64,000 nucleotides of DNA. Source: Oligoflexia bacterium (GTDB taxonomy: Bacteria > Bdellovibrionota > UBA1018). Below, piece after piece: positions 49,720-64,000 of the stretch. Each line of letters begins with the position of its first letter. Position 1 is the stretch's first letter. A program made the position numbers and the translations under genes. Location of the stretch: NCBI GenBank assembly GCA_963758495.1, contig CAVWVI010000003.1:992001-1056000 (forward strand). The letters are read 5' to 3'. The notes beneath the pieces were generated by a model that was not told where the DNA came from, searched no databases, and saw only the letters and a program-made list of their open reading frames with translations.

Positions 49720-52071
49720 GTGTGTAAATCGAGATCACGATCCTCCCGTAAGCCCAATAAAGCTCGCCTTATCTATTTTTTCCTTGGCACTTTTATAGGA
49801 ACCTCATTTGCAATTTATCTTTGGACACTCTATAGCCAGCTAACCATCGTTTTTAATCAAAAAGATCAACTCATACCCACTCGCATTTACTCAGACGTCT
49901 CACGAATTGCTCCAAACCAATCCCGCTCTCATATTGAAGAACGACTCAAAGCACTGGGATATACTTATTCCCATCTTGAAAACAGAATTCAATTTGTACT
50001 CCATCCTAGAGACTACCCCCCTTATCTGGTCCCCGACAATCATCCTACAATGGATGCCAAAAATCTTCCTATAGTTTTACATTTTAATGGCCCTAGACAA
50101 TCTGACTTATTGCATTCCATCGAGCTGAGAGACCACGAAATACCAGATGTTTATTTAGAGCCAGAATTAGTTGCCATTCTTTCTCGAAGTGGCGAAGTCA
50201 AACGAGAAATTCGCAGTCCTCTCAAATTTGACGAAATTCCCGCCACAGTTTGGAAAGCTATTATAGCCATCGAAGACCAACATTTTTTAGAACACAATGG
50301 GCTAGACCCACGTGGTCTAGCGCGCGCCGCTTGGGTAAATTTAAAAACCCTTTCTTTAGCTCAGGGCGGAAGCACAATCACTCAGCAACTTGTAAAAAAT
50401 CTAATGGCGCGACGTACAAAAAACATATTTCTAAAAATAAATGAAGTATTTCTCGCCCTTTTACTTGAAGCCAAATTCGACAAGGAACAAATTCTTGAAC
50501 GCTATTTAAATGAAGTCTACCTAGGACAAGTAGGTAATCTTGAAGTCCATGGTGTGGCAGAGGGTGCCGAACATTTTTTCGGTAAAAAACTGAATGATTT
50601 GAACCTAGCTGAAACTGCACTTATGGCAGGTTTGATCCGCGGGCCAGGCTTCTATTCTCCTTATCGTTACAAAAGCCGGGCATTAGAGCGGCAACGTCTG
50701 GTACTTCGAAAAATGGTGGAAACTGGACAAATTGCTGAAGCAGAAGCTCGAGCATCACTCAAGCTTCCCATCCGCCTTGCACCTCCTCAAACTTCCACTA
50801 CGAAAGCGCCATTCTTCACCGATTACGTAAAAGCTGAACTCATTCGTCTAATGAAAAAGAATTTAAATGAACAGGAAATGATCCAAAGTGGCTTTCGCGT
50901 ATATACGACTCTGGATACGCAGCTTAATAATATCGCGCAAAGCACTATTTCCAACGGAATTAATAGTCTGGAACATCAGCTTAAAATCCCAACTGGAGTT
51001 CGACTTGAAGGTGCCCTTGCCTCTGTAGAACAATCTACGGGTTACATCCGAACACTCATTGGTGGCAGAAGCTATTCTCAAAGCAATTTTAATAGGATCC
51101 TCAACATGAAGCGGCAGGTAGGATCCACCTTCAAACCGATAGTTTATTTAACTGCTTTTCAAAAAGGTGAAGATGCGAATGGGCAAGCTTACGGCGCGGG
51201 ATACCTCATGCCAGACTTTCCATGGACCCTCGTCTACGATAAAGGAAAACAATCTTGGTCTCCAAAGAATTATGAAAATAACAATCTAGGGTGGGTTTCA
51301 CTTCGTACTTCACTTTCTCAATCAATCAATACTGTCGCTGCAAGATTGGGTTATCAAGTAGGTATAGAAAATGTAATTAAAACAGCACGTACATTGGGAA
51401 TTGAATCTAATCTCCCTTCCGTCCCTTCTCTTTCTCTTGGAGTGGCCGAACTTTCTCCAATAGATCTTTTGCGAGTATACGCGATTTTGGGAAACCGGGG
51501 TGTCCAGGAAGAACTCACTGTGATACGAGGCATCACCCGAACTGATGGAACAGGTCATACTCAAATCGTACATCAACAAAAGCAAGTCATTGAACCCGCT
51601 CCGGTTGATTTACTGACCGATATTTTACAAAGCGTCTTTACAGAAGGGACTGCCAGCAGTGCCTTAAAAATGGGATTTAATCGAATTGCAGCAGGAAAAA
51701 CAGGGACTACAAATAACCATAGAGATGCTTGGTTTGCAGGTTATACTCCAGAAATTACAACAGTGGTTTGGGTCGGCATGGATCAAAATAATGAAAAGCA
51801 ATCTGTCAACCCACGTCTTACAGGGGCAAACTCCGCCCTTCCCCTCTGGGTTTCATACATGAAGAAAACACTTGAAGATCAACCATCCGTCGGATTTCCA
51901 GAAAGCCCCCTGATTGAAAATGTACAAATTGATCAGCACAGTGGCAAAGCGGCTCTCTCTAATTGTCCACCATTGCAAGTCATTACTGAAAAATATATGA
52001 AAGACCATGAACCTAAAGACAAAGCTTGCGAAGCTTCGTGGCCGAACTCTCCGAATCAAGTAATAGAATAA
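49720..52071 (+). CDS. mrcB: Class A penicillin-binding protein (PBP1B-like)
   Basis: 'IEDQHF', 'GGSTITQQLVKN', SxxK 'STFK', SxN 'SIN', 'KTGTT'. Confidence 0.9.
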   Translation: MCKSRSRSSRKPNKARLIYFFLGTFIGTSFAIYLWTLYSQLTIVFNQKDQLIPTRIYSDVSRIAPNQSRSHIEERLKALGYTYSHLENRIQFVLHPRDYPPYLVPDNHPTMDAKNLPIVLHFNGPRQSDLLHSIELRDHEIPDVYLEPELVAILSRSGEVKREIRSPLKFDEIPATVWKAIIAIEDQHFLEHNGLDPRGLARAAWVNLKTLSLAQGGSTITQQLVKNLMARRTKNIFLKINEVFLALLLEAKFDKEQILERYLNEVYLGQVGNLEVHGVAEGAEHFFGKKLNDLNLAETALMAGLIRGPGFYSPYRYKSRALERQRLVLRKMVETGQIAEAEARASLKLPIRLAPPQTSTTKAPFFTDYVKAELIRLMKKNLNEQEMIQSGFRVYTTLDTQLNNIAQSTISNGINSLEHQLKIPTGVRLEGALASVEQSTGYIRTLIGGRSYSQSNFNRILNMKRQVGSTFKPIVYLTAFQKGEDANGQAYGAGYLMPDFPWTLVYDKGKQSWSPKNYENNNLGWVSLRTSLSQSINTVAARLGYQVGIENVIKTARTLGIESNLPSVPSLSLGVAELSPIDLLRVYAILGNRGVQEELTVIRGITRTDGTGHTQIVHQQKQVIEPAPVDLLTDILQSVFTEGTASSALKMGFNRIAAGKTGTTNNHRDAWFAGYTPEITTVVWVGMDQNNEKQSVNPRLTGANSALPLWVSYMKKTLEDQPSVGFPESPLIENVQIDQHSGKAALSNCPPLQVITEKYMKDHEPKDKACEASWPNSPNQVIE

Positions 52072-52075
52072 TAAT

Positions 52076-52489
52076 ATGAAAACACTCAAGCACTCTTACC
52101 CATTGACCATTCTCGAGTCTCACCTAGATACCTTCGAACACGTCAATAATGCAGTTTATTTGGTACTCTTTGAAGAAGCGAGATGGGATTTGATCACAAA
52201 TAATGGCTATGGCATCGAAAAAATAAAAGAGACCGGCTTAAGCCCCATCATCCTCGCCGTGAATGTTCGATTTAAAAAAGAGTTAAAATTAAGGCAAAAA
52301 ATATCCATAGATACCCAACTTCATTCTTATGATAAAAAAATAGCTGTCATTCATCAAAAAATTAAGGATGAAAAGGACATCATCTACTGTACTGCAGAGT
52401 TCACAGCTGGGTTATTCGATACTCGCAAAAGAAAACTTGTTTCTCCGACACAAGAATGGATGAGGGCACTCGGGGTATGCAGTAATTGA
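52076..52489 (+). CDS. Acyl-CoA thioesterase (4HBT/YbgC family)
   Basis: 'HLDTFEHVNNAVY...EEAR'. Confidence 0.9.
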   Translation: MKTLKHSYPLTILESHLDTFEHVNNAVYLVLFEEARWDLITNNGYGIEKIKETGLSPIILAVNVRFKKELKLRQKISIDTQLHSYDKKIAVIHQKIKDEKDIIYCTAEFTAGLFDTRKRKLVSPTQEWMRALGVCSN

Positions 52490-52517
52490 TTTTAGTTCCC
52501 AGGTATGTTTTGATTAA

Positions 52518-53699
52518 ATGATGATTAGCCTTGTCCTTACTGCAGGAGGTGCTCGCGGCGCCTATCAAGCCGGTGTACTCAAAAAAATGGGAGAACTTTC
52601 ACGACTGCGAGATCAGCCTTCCCCATTTGAGATTGTAACTGGAGCTTCTGCAGGGGCTATTAATGGTGCTTGGATCGCAGCAGGTAGCGGAAGGTTCTCT
52701 CAAGCAACCATTCAACTTGCAGACCTCTGGGGACAACTCCGACTTCAAGATGTAATCAAGGTTGATCCACTTTCTTTGGGAAAAGGAAGTATTCGCTGGA
52801 TATGCGATATATCCATGGGAGGATTCATCGGAGGCGGTAATGCTCAATCTCTTTTAGATTCTTCTCCACTCAGAGCTCATTTATTAAAGAATATCCCTTT
52901 CAAAGGGATTCAAGAATCCATTTACCAGCGCCATCTTTACGCATTGGCAATCTCTGCTACAAGTTACTATTCGGGTAAGTCCTATACGTTTATCCAAGGC
53001 CAAGCAGGCCATCCTCTGTGGGAAAAAAGCAGACGTACATCACTTTCTGTAACACTGGACGTCGATCATATCTGGGCGTCCTGCGCCATTCCCATTATCT
53101 TTCAGCCAGTCTTGATCCAAACAGAAATTGGAAATTATTATTTTGGTGATGGAGGACTACGACTCATTAACCCGTGCAGTCCTGCAATACGTCTGGGTGC
53201 AGATCGAGTTTTTGCAATTGGAATTCGTTCACAAAAATCTGCAGAGCTTCGATCCAAGATCGAGCTTTTAGACAATGGAGAGAAGAAACCCGTCATGAAG
53301 AGCCCTCCCCTCGCACAAGTGATCGGTGTTACACTCAATTCGATTTTTCTCGATCATTTAGATACCGATCTTGAACATCTTAAGCGCATGAATGAAATTC
53401 TAATTTCTTATGGTGTTGATTCTAATGGGAGTTCAAAGACAAAAGAACCCATGCGGGTCATACAGCCATTGACTATTAATCCATCGGTAGATTTAGCTGT
53501 TGTAGCAGAACAGTTTTCCCAAAAAATACCGAGGCTCATGCGCTATTTCATGGAAGGTTTAGGGAACTCCAAAGCCCAAAGTGCTGACTTAATGAGCTAT
53601 TTACTCTTTGATTCCAATTACACTCAGGCACTTTTAGATATCGGCTACCGAGATGCAACCGCGGCTTTACCTGAAATTGAAGAATTTTTGTGGGGCTAA
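52518..53699 (+). CDS. Patatin-like phospholipase
   Basis: 'GGARGAY', 'GASAG', 'DGG'. Confidence 0.93.
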   Translation: MMISLVLTAGGARGAYQAGVLKKMGELSRLRDQPSPFEIVTGASAGAINGAWIAAGSGRFSQATIQLADLWGQLRLQDVIKVDPLSLGKGSIRWICDISMGGFIGGGNAQSLLDSSPLRAHLLKNIPFKGIQESIYQRHLYALAISATSYYSGKSYTFIQGQAGHPLWEKSRRTSLSVTLDVDHIWASCAIPIIFQPVLIQTEIGNYYFGDGGLRLINPCSPAIRLGADRVFAIGIRSQKSAELRSKIELLDNGEKKPVMKSPPLAQVIGVTLNSIFLDHLDTDLEHLKRMNEILISYGVDSNGSSKTKEPMRVIQPLTINPSVDLAVVAEQFSQKIPRLMRYFMEGLGNSKAQSADLMSYLLFDSNYTQALLDIGYRDATAALPEIEEFLWG

Positions 53700-55002
53700 T
53701 ACTTTGAACAATAAGAAGATCTATTTAGGCTTGATGACCTATGCCATTTTTTCCTTAGGCAGTATGGCAATGATGAGCCTCAGCATAGGTTTTTTTATCG
53801 CAATGCTGATCTGGGAATATCAAGGCCCTGCTCCTCTTCTCTCGGATTTACATAAACTTTATAAAGATCATGACTTCATCCGCTGGTATTTTTGGGTTTC
53901 AGTATTCTTTGTCGCCATGTGCTTTATAAGTTTAGCAGGACTTATCATTTTTCCAGTAGAGTTCAATCACGAAACTGTAACCATTCATTGGGTAAAAGAC
54001 CTAGGTAAAAACTGGTATTTCATCCTTCCACCTTTATTTGGAGTAGCCTGGCTAAGACTTTCAGAAATACAACGGAAGACGGTTCTTCGCGCTTGGTTTT
54101 TAAGTTTCGGAGTACTCTCGATTGTAGGAATATTTCAGATATTTACAGGATGGCCTCGGGCGCAAACCAATCCCCTTCTTCCAGGATTTTTTCATACTAC
54201 TTTACTTTTTGGTCATCATCTTTCTACTGCAAATATATTTATCTTTCCGTTCTTTGCGATCTTAGACTCTCTCATCCAGAAAAAACCTATCCTATCTAAA
54301 CCGATTCTTTGGAGCTTTTTTATTTTAGGGCTTGTTGTTCTTTTCTTCACCTATTCACGAACACTCTGGGTCGCACTCCCCTTAGGGTTTATTTTTTGGG
54401 CATTTCTCAGACTTCCTGCCCGAGCAAGTATTGTATCATCTGTCGTTGTTCTCACTTCAACCGTGGCACTCACTAAGCTACCCATCGTTCAAACTCGAAT
54501 TCAAAATTTAATGGGAGTTCATACTCGATTTGCTATTTGGAAAGCAAATTTTGATTTTTTTAGATTACGCCCATTCACAGGCATAGGGTTTGGGAAAAAC
54601 CATGACTTATATACCCTTTATTTTAGAGAAAAAAACCCAAGCATTCAGGACTTTTTTACCGGCCATGCTCATAATATCTATTTGGAAAATTTGGCAGGTC
54701 TCGGCGTACTTGGATCAATTGCCTGGTTTTTATGGATGGGTGTTATCTTCAAATGTCTTTTCTACTGCCTCAAAAGTACTCGAGATGAGATCCTTTCCAG
54801 AGGTTTACTCTCCGCGTGGATTGTTTTCCTCATTAATGGATTAACCCAAGTCAATTTTTGGGAAGCAAAAGTTTTACACCAGATTATGTGGATTACAGGA
54901 ATCATTCTTTTTCAAGCCATTACGGTTTCAAATGAAATCATGCCTGAAAAATCTGCTTACACACTCATTAATAAAAGTCGCTCCCTTAAAGTTCTACAAT
55001 AG
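53653..55002 (+). CDS. O-antigen ligase family (Wzy_C) membrane protein
   Basis: 'TYSRT', 'PFTGIGFG', 'HAHNIYLE'; start may be TTG 53704. Confidence 0.85.
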   Translation: MQPRLYLKLKNFCGANTLNNKKIYLGLMTYAIFSLGSMAMMSLSIGFFIAMLIWEYQGPAPLLSDLHKLYKDHDFIRWYFWVSVFFVAMCFISLAGLIIFPVEFNHETVTIHWVKDLGKNWYFILPPLFGVAWLRLSEIQRKTVLRAWFLSFGVLSIVGIFQIFTGWPRAQTNPLLPGFFHTTLLFGHHLSTANIFIFPFFAILDSLIQKKPILSKPILWSFFILGLVVLFFTYSRTLWVALPLGFIFWAFLRLPARASIVSSVVVLTSTVALTKLPIVQTRIQNLMGVHTRFAIWKANFDFFRLRPFTGIGFGKNHDLYTLYFREKNPSIQDFFTGHAHNIYLENLAGLGVLGSIAWFLWMGVIFKCLFYCLKSTRDEILSRGLLSAWIVFLINGLTQVNFWEAKVLHQIMWITGIILFQAITVSNEIMPEKSAYTLINKSRSLKVLQ

Positions 55003-55066
55003 AATTTTTCCTCGGTATAAATATTGAAATTCTTAAAGTTAACTGTTCCTAAAAAGGAGAAATTTT

Positions 55067-55498
55067 ATGACAAAATCAGTCATTTCCTCACTATTGGCAT
55101 TTCCACTATTTTTATCTTCCCTTGCTCCAAATGTCATGGCTGCTGCAACTGAAGACCTCAAAAGTAGCTTAAAACAGGCTTGTCAAACAGATATTCAACA
55201 GTTCTGCAGCAACGTAACTCCGGGTCAGGGACGCGTAATGGCATGCTTAAAATCTTATGAGGATAAACTCTCTAGTAGTTGTAAGCAACAATGGCAATCG
55301 GTGAAATCTGAGTGGCATAAAGCAATGAAGGGTGCTCACGCAGCATGTGCAGGTGATATTCAGAAATTCTGTAGCAGCGTAGATACCCCAAGGGACATCA
55401 AAAACTGCCTGGATGAACATAGTACCGACCTATCCAGTACTTGTAAAAGCTTTCGACAGAGCAATCAGGATAACCAGGGCAATAAAACACAAAGCTAA
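55067..55498 (+). CDS. Secreted cysteine-rich repeat protein (two Cys_rich_FGFR-like repeats)
   Basis: Signal peptide; two C-x6-FC...CL...LS-x-x-C units. Confidence 0.8.
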   Translation: MTKSVISSLLAFPLFLSSLAPNVMAAATEDLKSSLKQACQTDIQQFCSNVTPGQGRVMACLKSYEDKLSSSCKQQWQSVKSEWHKAMKGAHAACAGDIQKFCSSVDTPRDIKNCLDEHSTDLSSTCKSFRQSNQDNQGNKTQS

Positions 55499-55539
55499 AA
55501 ATGCTCTCACTCATGACCCAGGCTTTTAAGATTAAAGTA

Positions 55540-55570
55540 GACTCAGGAGAAATGAATTTTCTCCTGAGTC
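55540..55570. terminator. Hairpin terminator between convergent genes
   Basis: Perfect 13-bp arms GACTCAGGAGAAA / TTTCTCCTGAGTC. Confidence 0.8.
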
Positions 55571-55577
55571 AGTTTTA

Positions 55578-56129
55578 TTAATAACCCGGTATACAAGAAA
55601 CAAGTTGGCAAGATTGATCACCATTAGATTCGTAATAACATCTATCTAAAGCTTGATCTTCGATTTCTGCAATTCCATCTCGGAAATTATACCCATATTC
55701 TTCTTGTGTAACAGGATACTGCTCACCATAAGAATCTTCAGCAGTACAAGTCACGAGATGAACACGTCCCCAATCGAAATTATATCCAGGTCGAGCAAAC
55801 CAGGGATGCCCCCAACGTGGCCAATGACGATAGCCCCCATGAATAGGGATCGGCTCATGGACATGGCCAGGACCGTGATAGCCTGGACCACCATGACCAG
55901 GGCCATGCCATCCTGGACCACCATGGCCAGGACCATGATAGCCTGGACCACCATGACCTCCGCCACCGTGCGCTCCGCCACCATGCCCGCCACCACCTCC
56001 ACGATCTATTTCTACAGAAGAGTCCCCTCCCATTTCCAATGAGTCCTCCGTAGCCCACGTTTTGTAACTGATAATAGAAGTTAAAAATAATACGAATACC
56101 ATGCAGTTTTTTAATTTCACTTTTAACAT
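55578..56129 (-). CDS. Secreted Gly/His/Pro-rich repeat protein with 4-Cys C-terminal domain
   Basis: SD GGAGG; signal peptide; 30-bp repeats GPG(Y/W)HGPGH(G/V) x3 at ~55860-55955. Confidence 0.75.
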   Translation of the reverse strand: MLKVKLKNCMVFVLFLTSIISYKTWATEDSLEMGGDSSVEIDRGGGGGHGGGAHGGGGHGGPGYHGPGHGGPGWHGPGHGGPGYHGPGHVHEPIPIHGGYRHWPRWGHPWFARPGYNFDWGRVHLVTCTAEDSYGEQYPVTQEEYGYNFRDGIAEIEDQALDRCYYESNGDQSCQLVSCIPGY

Positions 56130-56395
56130 TCCTCCAAAAATGTTGACTTCTAAACAACAGCGATCCGCTTTATTTCAGGAAAGATGCCATGAAGTATTAA
56201 ATGAATATTTCTTTTTTCTATTCTAATTTCAATAAGATACTAATCTTTAATATCAATGTAAAATTAGATGATTAATAAAGTCGGTGACATTTCAGATAAA
56301 AAATGGACTTTAATATTCAAACTTAGGGTCAAAGTGACCTCGGTAATTTAAATGCACTCTTATTTTAAGGAACTACTTACCATAGAAATGCAAAA

Positions 56396-56450
56396 GGCAC
56401 TGAATGCGGGATGGCTGAGTCAATTGCTCTCATCTCCCACACCAGTGCCT
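56396..56450 (-). terminator. Long hairpin with U tract, probable terminator of the OMP gene
   Basis: Minus strand AGGCACTG...CAGTGCCT followed by TTT. Confidence 0.5.
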
Positions 56451-56551
56451 CTATGCTTATAGACTCTCAGTATACGAGCAACTAATCACGCTAAGACAAA
56501 CAGTACTATTTACTTCCCTCACATCTCCGATACAGCTTAGCTAATCTAGTA

Positions 56552-57172
56552 CTATCTCATACCAAACCGAAGACCAACGATTCCTTGAATATCCGACCAT
56601 TTTGTAGTGCCAGCTGGATTAGGAGTACTTTGAATATCAGCAAGGCCCAATGCATAACGACCTTCCACCAAAAGCCCCACAGATGAACCCAATGGAAAAT
56701 TAAACCCTACACTACCCAACACACCATAATCTGATGTTTTGTAATTAAAATCAGAAAAATTACCCGAGACTCCTCCAACAGACGTTCCCGTACCCACCGC
56801 GTAATAACCACCTAAACCAATGTTCATAATTCGACTCAACCAAATTCTAAACTGAACGGGAATCTGGACATAGTTTAAGGTAATATTAAAAGATAAAGGT
56901 ATCGAAGAATCTGCAAACTTAAACGTACGTGGCAAATAAACACCACCTATTTCTAAACCGAGACGAGGTCCAAGCGGAAACTCTAACTGCGCACCCCCAC
57001 CATAACTTAAAACCGCAGTATCTGTTTGGGTAGCCGAAAGAGTACCGTCTTTCAAATTCGAATCGGTCCCTACGCCAAAAACCGAAAACTTCACTCCAGC
57101 GTATGCGCTAGGCACCGCTAGAACTGTTAAAAGAGCAGAAAGTAAAAAGATTTTATTTATTTTATTGTTCAT
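56552..57172 (-). CDS. Outer membrane beta-barrel protein (porin-family, about 8 strands)
   Basis: SD AAGGAG + ATG 57172; signal peptide; 'LNYVQIPV', 'EGRYALGL', 'VGLRF'. Confidence 0.8.
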   Translation of the reverse strand: MNNKINKIFLLSALLTVLAVPSAYAGVKFSVFGVGTDSNLKDGTLSATQTDTAVLSYGGGAQLEFPLGPRLGLEIGGVYLPRTFKFADSSIPLSFNITLNYVQIPVQFRIWLSRIMNIGLGGYYAVGTGTSVGGVSGNFSDFNYKTSDYGVLGSVGFNFPLGSSVGLLVEGRYALGLADIQSTPNPAGTTKWSDIQGIVGLRFGMR

Positions 57173-57448
57173 ATATCGGAGCACTCCTTTGCTCATCAAA
57201 ACTCCACTGAAGAGTTTACTAAGTTTGACTTCAAGAAAAAATTTGCAAAAAATGACTTATTGCAAATAACTCTCTCGGCCCGCATCTATTTTGTTAATTA
57301 TGCACTCAGCAAATGAAAACTACAAGCGGGGCGGCTTATGATAAATATATCGTCAAAATTATGTCGAACTTACTTTAAGGTTAAATTTTTTATGAATAGT
57401 TTTGGTAGACCTTTTGCAAATAAAAAAGCAAGTAGGAGAAATTTCAAT

Positions 57449-57997
57449 ATGATGTTTTCAACCTTCAATAGCACTCCAGAAGACGTTCGTAGAAAAGAAG
57501 TAGACTTTCTCAATCAACGACTGGCAGATTCGATCGACTTAGTCTACCAAGCTAAACAAGCCCACTGGAATATAAAAGGCATGGAATTTCGCTCCCTTCA
57601 TAAGTTGTTCGATAGAGTTGCCACGACTGTCGATAAATACGTTGACCGTTTTGCCGAACGTCTAGTTCAACTCGGCGGTGTCACAGAAGGGACCATTCAA
57701 TCTGCTGTCAAAAATACTTCACTTCCCGAATACCCGGTTCAACTTCTTACTGATGTCAATCATGTCAGTACAATCTGTGAACGAGTTTCTCAATATGGCA
57801 AATTTCTTCGCGAAGGAATCGAATTTTGTTCGAACTTAGAAGATGAAACCACTGCAGATCTCTTCATTGATGCAAGCAGGGACATTGATGAACTCACTTG
57901 GATGATTGAAAGCCATATTTTCAATCAAGAGAAGGTAGGCATTGAAGCTCCCATTGAATTAGAACAGCCAAGAAGGAAAAAGTCGGCTGTGGCTTGA
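57449..57997 (+). CDS. dps: Dps DNA starvation protection ferritin
   Basis: SD AGGAG + ATG 57449; 'KQAHWNIKG', 'LHKLFD', 'DRFAER'. Confidence 0.93.
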   Translation: MMFSTFNSTPEDVRRKEVDFLNQRLADSIDLVYQAKQAHWNIKGMEFRSLHKLFDRVATTVDKYVDRFAERLVQLGGVTEGTIQSAVKNTSLPEYPVQLLTDVNHVSTICERVSQYGKFLREGIEFCSNLEDETTADLFIDASRDIDELTWMIESHIFNQEKVGIEAPIELEQPRRKKSAVA

Positions 57998-58055
57998 TGG
58001 CGTGAATCAAGTTCTCAATAGGGGATAGCGTGATAGTACCATTTATTAGGCCTTT

Positions 58056-58620
58056 TCAGGGTATTGCGCCCCTGTGAATGAACATCATCGTTTTCCCATC
58101 CTCTCGTTTCTTGAGGACAATGAAACCAAACTCCTCATACCACACTACCAGTTTTGCAGTCCCTGCCAACAGTTCCACTCCAAAGTATCCTGCAACTTGT
58201 TCCTCCTTGATCCTGTGAAAAGCGCTAGCTAACAAGAAATCCCCCATTCCTTTTCCTTTCACTGAAGAATCTCGAGCCAGCATTCCAATGAGGACCGTTG
58301 GATAGCGAGAATACTTTGGAAGCCCCTTTTTAAGTTTTGCACTAAGACCTTCTATTTCGATGCTCGAGTTACTCAATGTGAAATACCCTAAAACTCGCTT
58401 TGTTGCCGGACTCACCGCAACATAAACATTACACAAGCCATTCGTCTGATTGATCCATGCATGCTTGATAATGAACTTATCGTAGAAATTTTCCCCACTT
58501 CTAAATTCTGAAACATCATGACTTGGATTGAGGGTAGTTCACCTTCTTCGGCTCCCGTACCAATTTTGAAATATCAGCGTCGCTTAATACAAATCCCATA
58601 TCAGACTTACTCTGCCTCAT
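58056..58620 (-). CDS. GNAT acetyltransferase of TA-toxin type (TacT/AtaT-like), frameshift near 58538
   Basis: 'LNPSHDVSEFRSG', 'VLGYFTLS', 'PTVLIGMLARD', 'KGKGMG', 'WYEEFGF'; in-frame TGA precedes the N-terminal motif. Confidence 0.75.
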
Positions 58621-58763
58621 TTTCAGCAAGAATCCAAACAGCTTCGAGGGCTCTCAAACCCATTCCCAATATTGACAGCAGATAAATTCAGATGCTTTTT
58701 TATCCATTGCGAAAAGAGTTACCGTGGAGTTACGACTTGCCCAAACAGTATTTCCAGACCCAC

Positions 58764-58808
58764 AAATAAAAACGGCCCTCAGCCGGAGAACCGCGCTGAG
58801 AGCCGTTG
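58764..58808 (-). terminator. Intrinsic terminator after rpoBC-tRNA-Val
   Basis: AACGGCTCTCAGC-loop-GCTGAGGGCCGTT-TTTTATTT. Confidence 0.85.
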
Positions 58809-58815
58809 AAATCTA

Positions 58816-58890
58816 TGGTGCGAGCTATAGGGATTGAACCTATGACCTTGGCCGTGTAAAGACCCTGCTCTACCGCTGAGCTAAGCTCGC
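58816..58890 (-). tRNA. tRNA-Val(TAC)
   Basis: GCGAGCT acceptor stem, D arm, anticodon loop TTTACAC, GGTTCAATCC T arm, encoded CCA; 75 nt. Confidence 0.95.
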
Positions 58891-58911
58891 ACTCTTGTGG
58901 AGGAAGATTTT

Positions 58912-64000
<5,089 letters not shown>

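Noticed and set aside
55653..56157. Overlapping ORFs of 129, 83 and 100 aa
   Set aside because: Alternative frames of the 30-bp Gly/His repeat; the 183-aa ORF has the SD and signal peptide.
55000..58816. tRNA-Val-integrated genomic island
   Set aside because: I saw no duplicated tRNA 3' end and no integrase; dps and OMP look like ordinary chromosomal genes.

Overview
Bacterial chromosomal window, roughly 40% GC by eye. Gene content suggests Bdellovibrionota or a related deltaproteobacteria-like lineage (inference only). In order: a Wzc/Wza-type surface polysaccharide locus (1-10.3 kb); two orphan OppA-like proteins fused onto the end of a complete isc operon (10.3-18.7 kb); an accessory glycan island (18.8-27 kb) with a small secreted protein, a ricin x3-GH30, a GT2 and a second GH30; a pyrG-kdsA-kdsC-proBAC-psd operon; a CI-like HTH-S24 repressor facing a receiver gene across three operator-like palindromes; a coiled-coil/diguanylate cyclase/metallophosphoesterase operon; housekeeping and envelope genes; a GNAT toxin-like gene; tRNA-Val(TAC); rpoC and the 3' part of rpoB. 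About ten indel frameshifts, four of them in essential rpoC, point to assembly errors rather than true pseudogenes. Best candidates for new biology: (1) the GH30-GT2-GH30 island, possibly for beta-1,6-glucan synthesis/remodelling or host-directed effectors; (2) a WecA-type priming transferase fused to a degenerate GGDEF domain retaining an RxxD site; (3) a phage-free, lambda-like switch with three TTCT-N6-AGAA sites spaced exactly 23 bp apart. No CRISPR array, rRNA, transposase or integrase was seen.
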